Origin: Eledone cirrhosa | Taxonomy: Eukaryota | Direction: 5' to 3' | NCBI GenBank assembly: GCA_964016885.1 | Contig: OZ024740.1 | Coordinates: 34,410,001 to 34,474,000, forward strand | DNA: 64,000 bases | In this document: piece by piece, positions 61,201-64,000 of the stretch | Numbering within the stretch: the first letter of the stretch is position 1 | Layout of the letters: the number at the start of each line of letters is the position of its first letter | The notes under the pieces: generated by a model | What the model saw: the letters and a program-made list of their open reading frames with translations, nothing else | Told to the model about the DNA's origin: nothing | The model's database searches: none | Program-made: the position numbers and the translations under genes

Positions 61201-64000
61201 TGTAAGGTGTTGTGGTTTAACAGACGACAGTTAGATGTAAGGTGTAGTGGTTTAACCGGCGACAGTTAGATGTAAGGTGTTGTGGTTTAACAGGCGACAG
61301 TTAGATGTAAGGTGTTGTGGTTTAACAGGCGACCGTTAGGTGTAAAGTGTAGTGGTTTAACAGACGACAGTTAGATGTAAGGTGTTGTGGTTTAACAGGC
61401 GACAGTTAGATGTAAGGTGTTGTGGTTTCACAGACGACAGTTAGATGTAAGGTGTAGTGGTTTAACAGGCGACAGTTAGATGTAAGGTGTTGTGGTTTAA
61501 CAGGCGACAGTTAGATGTAAAGTGTAGTGGTTTAACAGGCGACAGTTAGATGTAAGATGTAGTGGTTTAATAGGCGACAGTTAGATGTAAGGTGTTGTGG
61601 TTTAACAGGCGACAGTTAGATGTAAGGTGTTGTGGTTTAACAGATGACAGTTAGATGTAAGGTGTTGTGGTTTAACAGGGGACAGTTAGATGTAAGGTTT
61701 TGTGGTTCAACAGACGAGAGTTAAATGTAAGGTGTTGTGGTTTAACAGGCGACAGTTAGATGTAAGGTGTAGTGGTTCAACAAACGACAGTTAAATGTAA
61801 GGTGTTGTGGTTTAACAGGTGATAGTTAGATGTAAGTTGTAGTGGTTTAATAGATGGCAGTTAGATGTAAGGTGCAGTGGTTTAATAGGCGACAGTTAGA
61901 TGTAAGGTGCTGCAGTTTAACAGGCGACAGTTAGATGTAAGGTGTTGTGGTTTAACAGACGACAGTTAGATGTAAGGTGTAGTGGTTTAACCGGCGACAG
62001 TTAGATGTAAGGTGTTGTGGTTTAACAGGCGACAGTTAGATGTAAGGTGTAGTGGTTTAACAGGCGACAGTTAGATGTAAGGTGTAGTGGTTTAACAGAC
62101 GACAGTTAGATATAAGGTGTAGTGGTTTAACAGCCGACAGTTAGATGTAAGGTGTAGTGGTTTAACAGGCGACAGTTAGATGTAAGGTGTTGTGGTTTAA
62201 CAGGCGACAGTTAGATGTAAGGTGTAGTGGTTTAACAGGCGACCGTTAGATGTAAGTTGTAGTGGTTTAACAGGCAACAGTTAGATGTAAGGTGTTGTGG
62301 TTTAACAGGTCACAGTTAGATGTAAGGTGTTGTGGTTTAACAGGCGACAGTGAGATGTAAGGTGTTGTGGTTCAAACAGGCGACAGTGAGATGTAAGGTG
62401 TAGTGGTTTAACAGGTGACAGTTAGAAGTATGGTGTTGTTGTTAAACAGTCGACAGTTAGATGGAAGGTGTTGTGGTTTAACAGGTGACAGTTAGATGTG
62501 AGATGTTGTGGTTTAACAGGGGACAGTTAGATGTAAGGTGTTGTGGTTCAACAGACGAGAGTTAAATGTAAGGTGTTGTGGTTTAATAGGCGACAGTTAG
62601 AGGTAAGGTGTTGTCGTTTAACAGACGTCAGTTAGATGTAAGGTGTTGTGGTTTAACAGGTGACAGTTAGATGTAAGGTGTTGTGGTTTAACAGGCGACA
62701 GTGAGATGTAAGGTGTTGTGGTTTAACAGGTGACAGTTCAGATGTAAGGTGTTGTGGTTTAACAGACGACATTTAGATGTAAGGTGTTGTGTTTCAACAG
62801 GCGACAGTTAGATGTAAGGTGTTGTGGTTTAACAGGTGACAGTTGTATGTAAGTTGTTGTGGTTTAACAGGCGACAGTTAGATGTATGGTGTTGTGGTTT
62901 AACAGGCGACAGTTAGATGTAAGGTGCTGTGGTTTAACAGACGTCAGTTAGATGTAAGGTGTTGTGGTTCAACAGACGAGAGTTAAATGTAAGGTATTGT
63001 GGTTTAACAGCCGACAGTTAGATGTAATGTGTTGTTTAACAGACGTTAGTTAGATGTAAGGTGTAGTGGTTTCACAGGTGACAGTTAGATGTAAGGTGTT
63101 GTCGTTTAACAGGCGACAGTTAGATGTAAGGTATAGTGGTTTAACAGGCGAGAGTTAGATGTAAGGTGTTGTGGTTTAACAGGCGACAGTTAGATGTATG
63201 GTGTTGTGGTTTAACAGGTGACAGTTAGATGTAAGGTGTTGTGGTTTAACAGGCGACAGTGAGATGTAAGGTGTTGTGGTTCAAGCAGGCGTCAGTGAGA
63301 TGTAAGGTGTAGTAGTTTAACAGGTGACAGTTAGATGTATAGTGTTGTCGTTAAACAGTCGACAGTTAGATGGAAGGTGTTGTGGTTTAACAGGTGACAG
63401 TTAGATGTAAGGTATAGTGGTTTAACAGGCGACAGTTAGATGTAAGGTGTTGTGGTTTAACCAGCGACAGTTAGATGTAAGGTGTTGTGGTTTAACAGGC
63501 GACAGTTAGATGTAAGGTGTAGTGGTTTAACAGGCGACAGTTAGATATAAATTGTTGTGGTTTAACAGACGACAGTTAGATGAAAGGTGTTGTGGTTTAA
63601 CAGGCGACAGTTAGATGTAAGGTGTTGTGGTTTAACAGGCGACAGTTAGATGTAAGGTGTAGTGGTTTAACAGGCGACAGTTAGATGTAAGGTGTAGTGG
63701 TTTAACAGACGACAGTTAGATGTAAGGTGTAGTGGTTTAACAGGCGACAGTTAGATATAAATTGTTGTGGTTTAACAGACGACAGTTAGATGTAAGGTGT
63801 TGTGGTTTAACAGGCGACAGTTAGATGTAAGGTGTAGTGGTTTAACAGGCGACAGTTAGATGTAAGTTGTAGTGGTTTAACAGGCAACAGTTAGATGTAA
63901 GGTGTTGTGGTTTAACAGGCAACAGTTAGATGTAAGGTGTAGTGGTTCAACAGACGACAGTTAAATGTAAGGTGTTGTGTTTTAACAGGCGACAGTCAGA
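34206..64000. repeat. 35-bp satellite array, about 850 monomers, running off the window end, with higher-order structure
   Basis: Consensus GTTAGATGTAAGGTGTWGTGGTTTAACAGRCGACA. Period 35 (34241 to 34276). Head-to-tail in one orientation with no spacers. Confidence 0.99.

Noticed and set aside
34206-64000. CRISPR array, given the 35-bp repeat length
   Set aside because: Monomers are directly head-to-tail with no unique spacers, there are no cas genes, and the context is eukaryotic.
34206-64000. Telomeric repeat or repetitive protein-coding region
   Set aside because: The strand is G/T-rich but has no TTAGGG arrays. The unit length is not a multiple of 3, stops are frequent, and the ORF track is empty here.

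Overview
Eukaryotic (animal) genomic DNA, AT-rich and repeat-dense. The repeat content resembles coleoid cephalopods such as Octopus; that assignment is inference. The + strand carries seven in-frame coding exons (5678-33811) of an ABCB1/P-glycoprotein-like ABC transporter, covering most of TMD1 up to the start of NBD1. All splice sites are GT-AG and the phases join without a stop. The introns hold tRNA-derived SINEs, hAT and Tc1/mariner-type MITEs, a decayed mariner, Tx1/L1-clade, RTE and RLE-type LINE remnants, a Penelope-like element with minimal hammerhead motifs, a 46-bp minisatellite and microsatellites. From about 34206 to the window end is a single 35-bp satellite array (at least 29.8 kb, about 850 monomers) with nested higher-order repeats, apparently inside the intron just before the Walker A exon. 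There is no CRISPR array or prokaryotic system. The most notable signals are the giant intronic satellite, an apparent SINE/Tx1-LINE pair with a shared 3' tail associated with (ATT)n, and an almost intact tRNA-like gene with a GGC anticodon.
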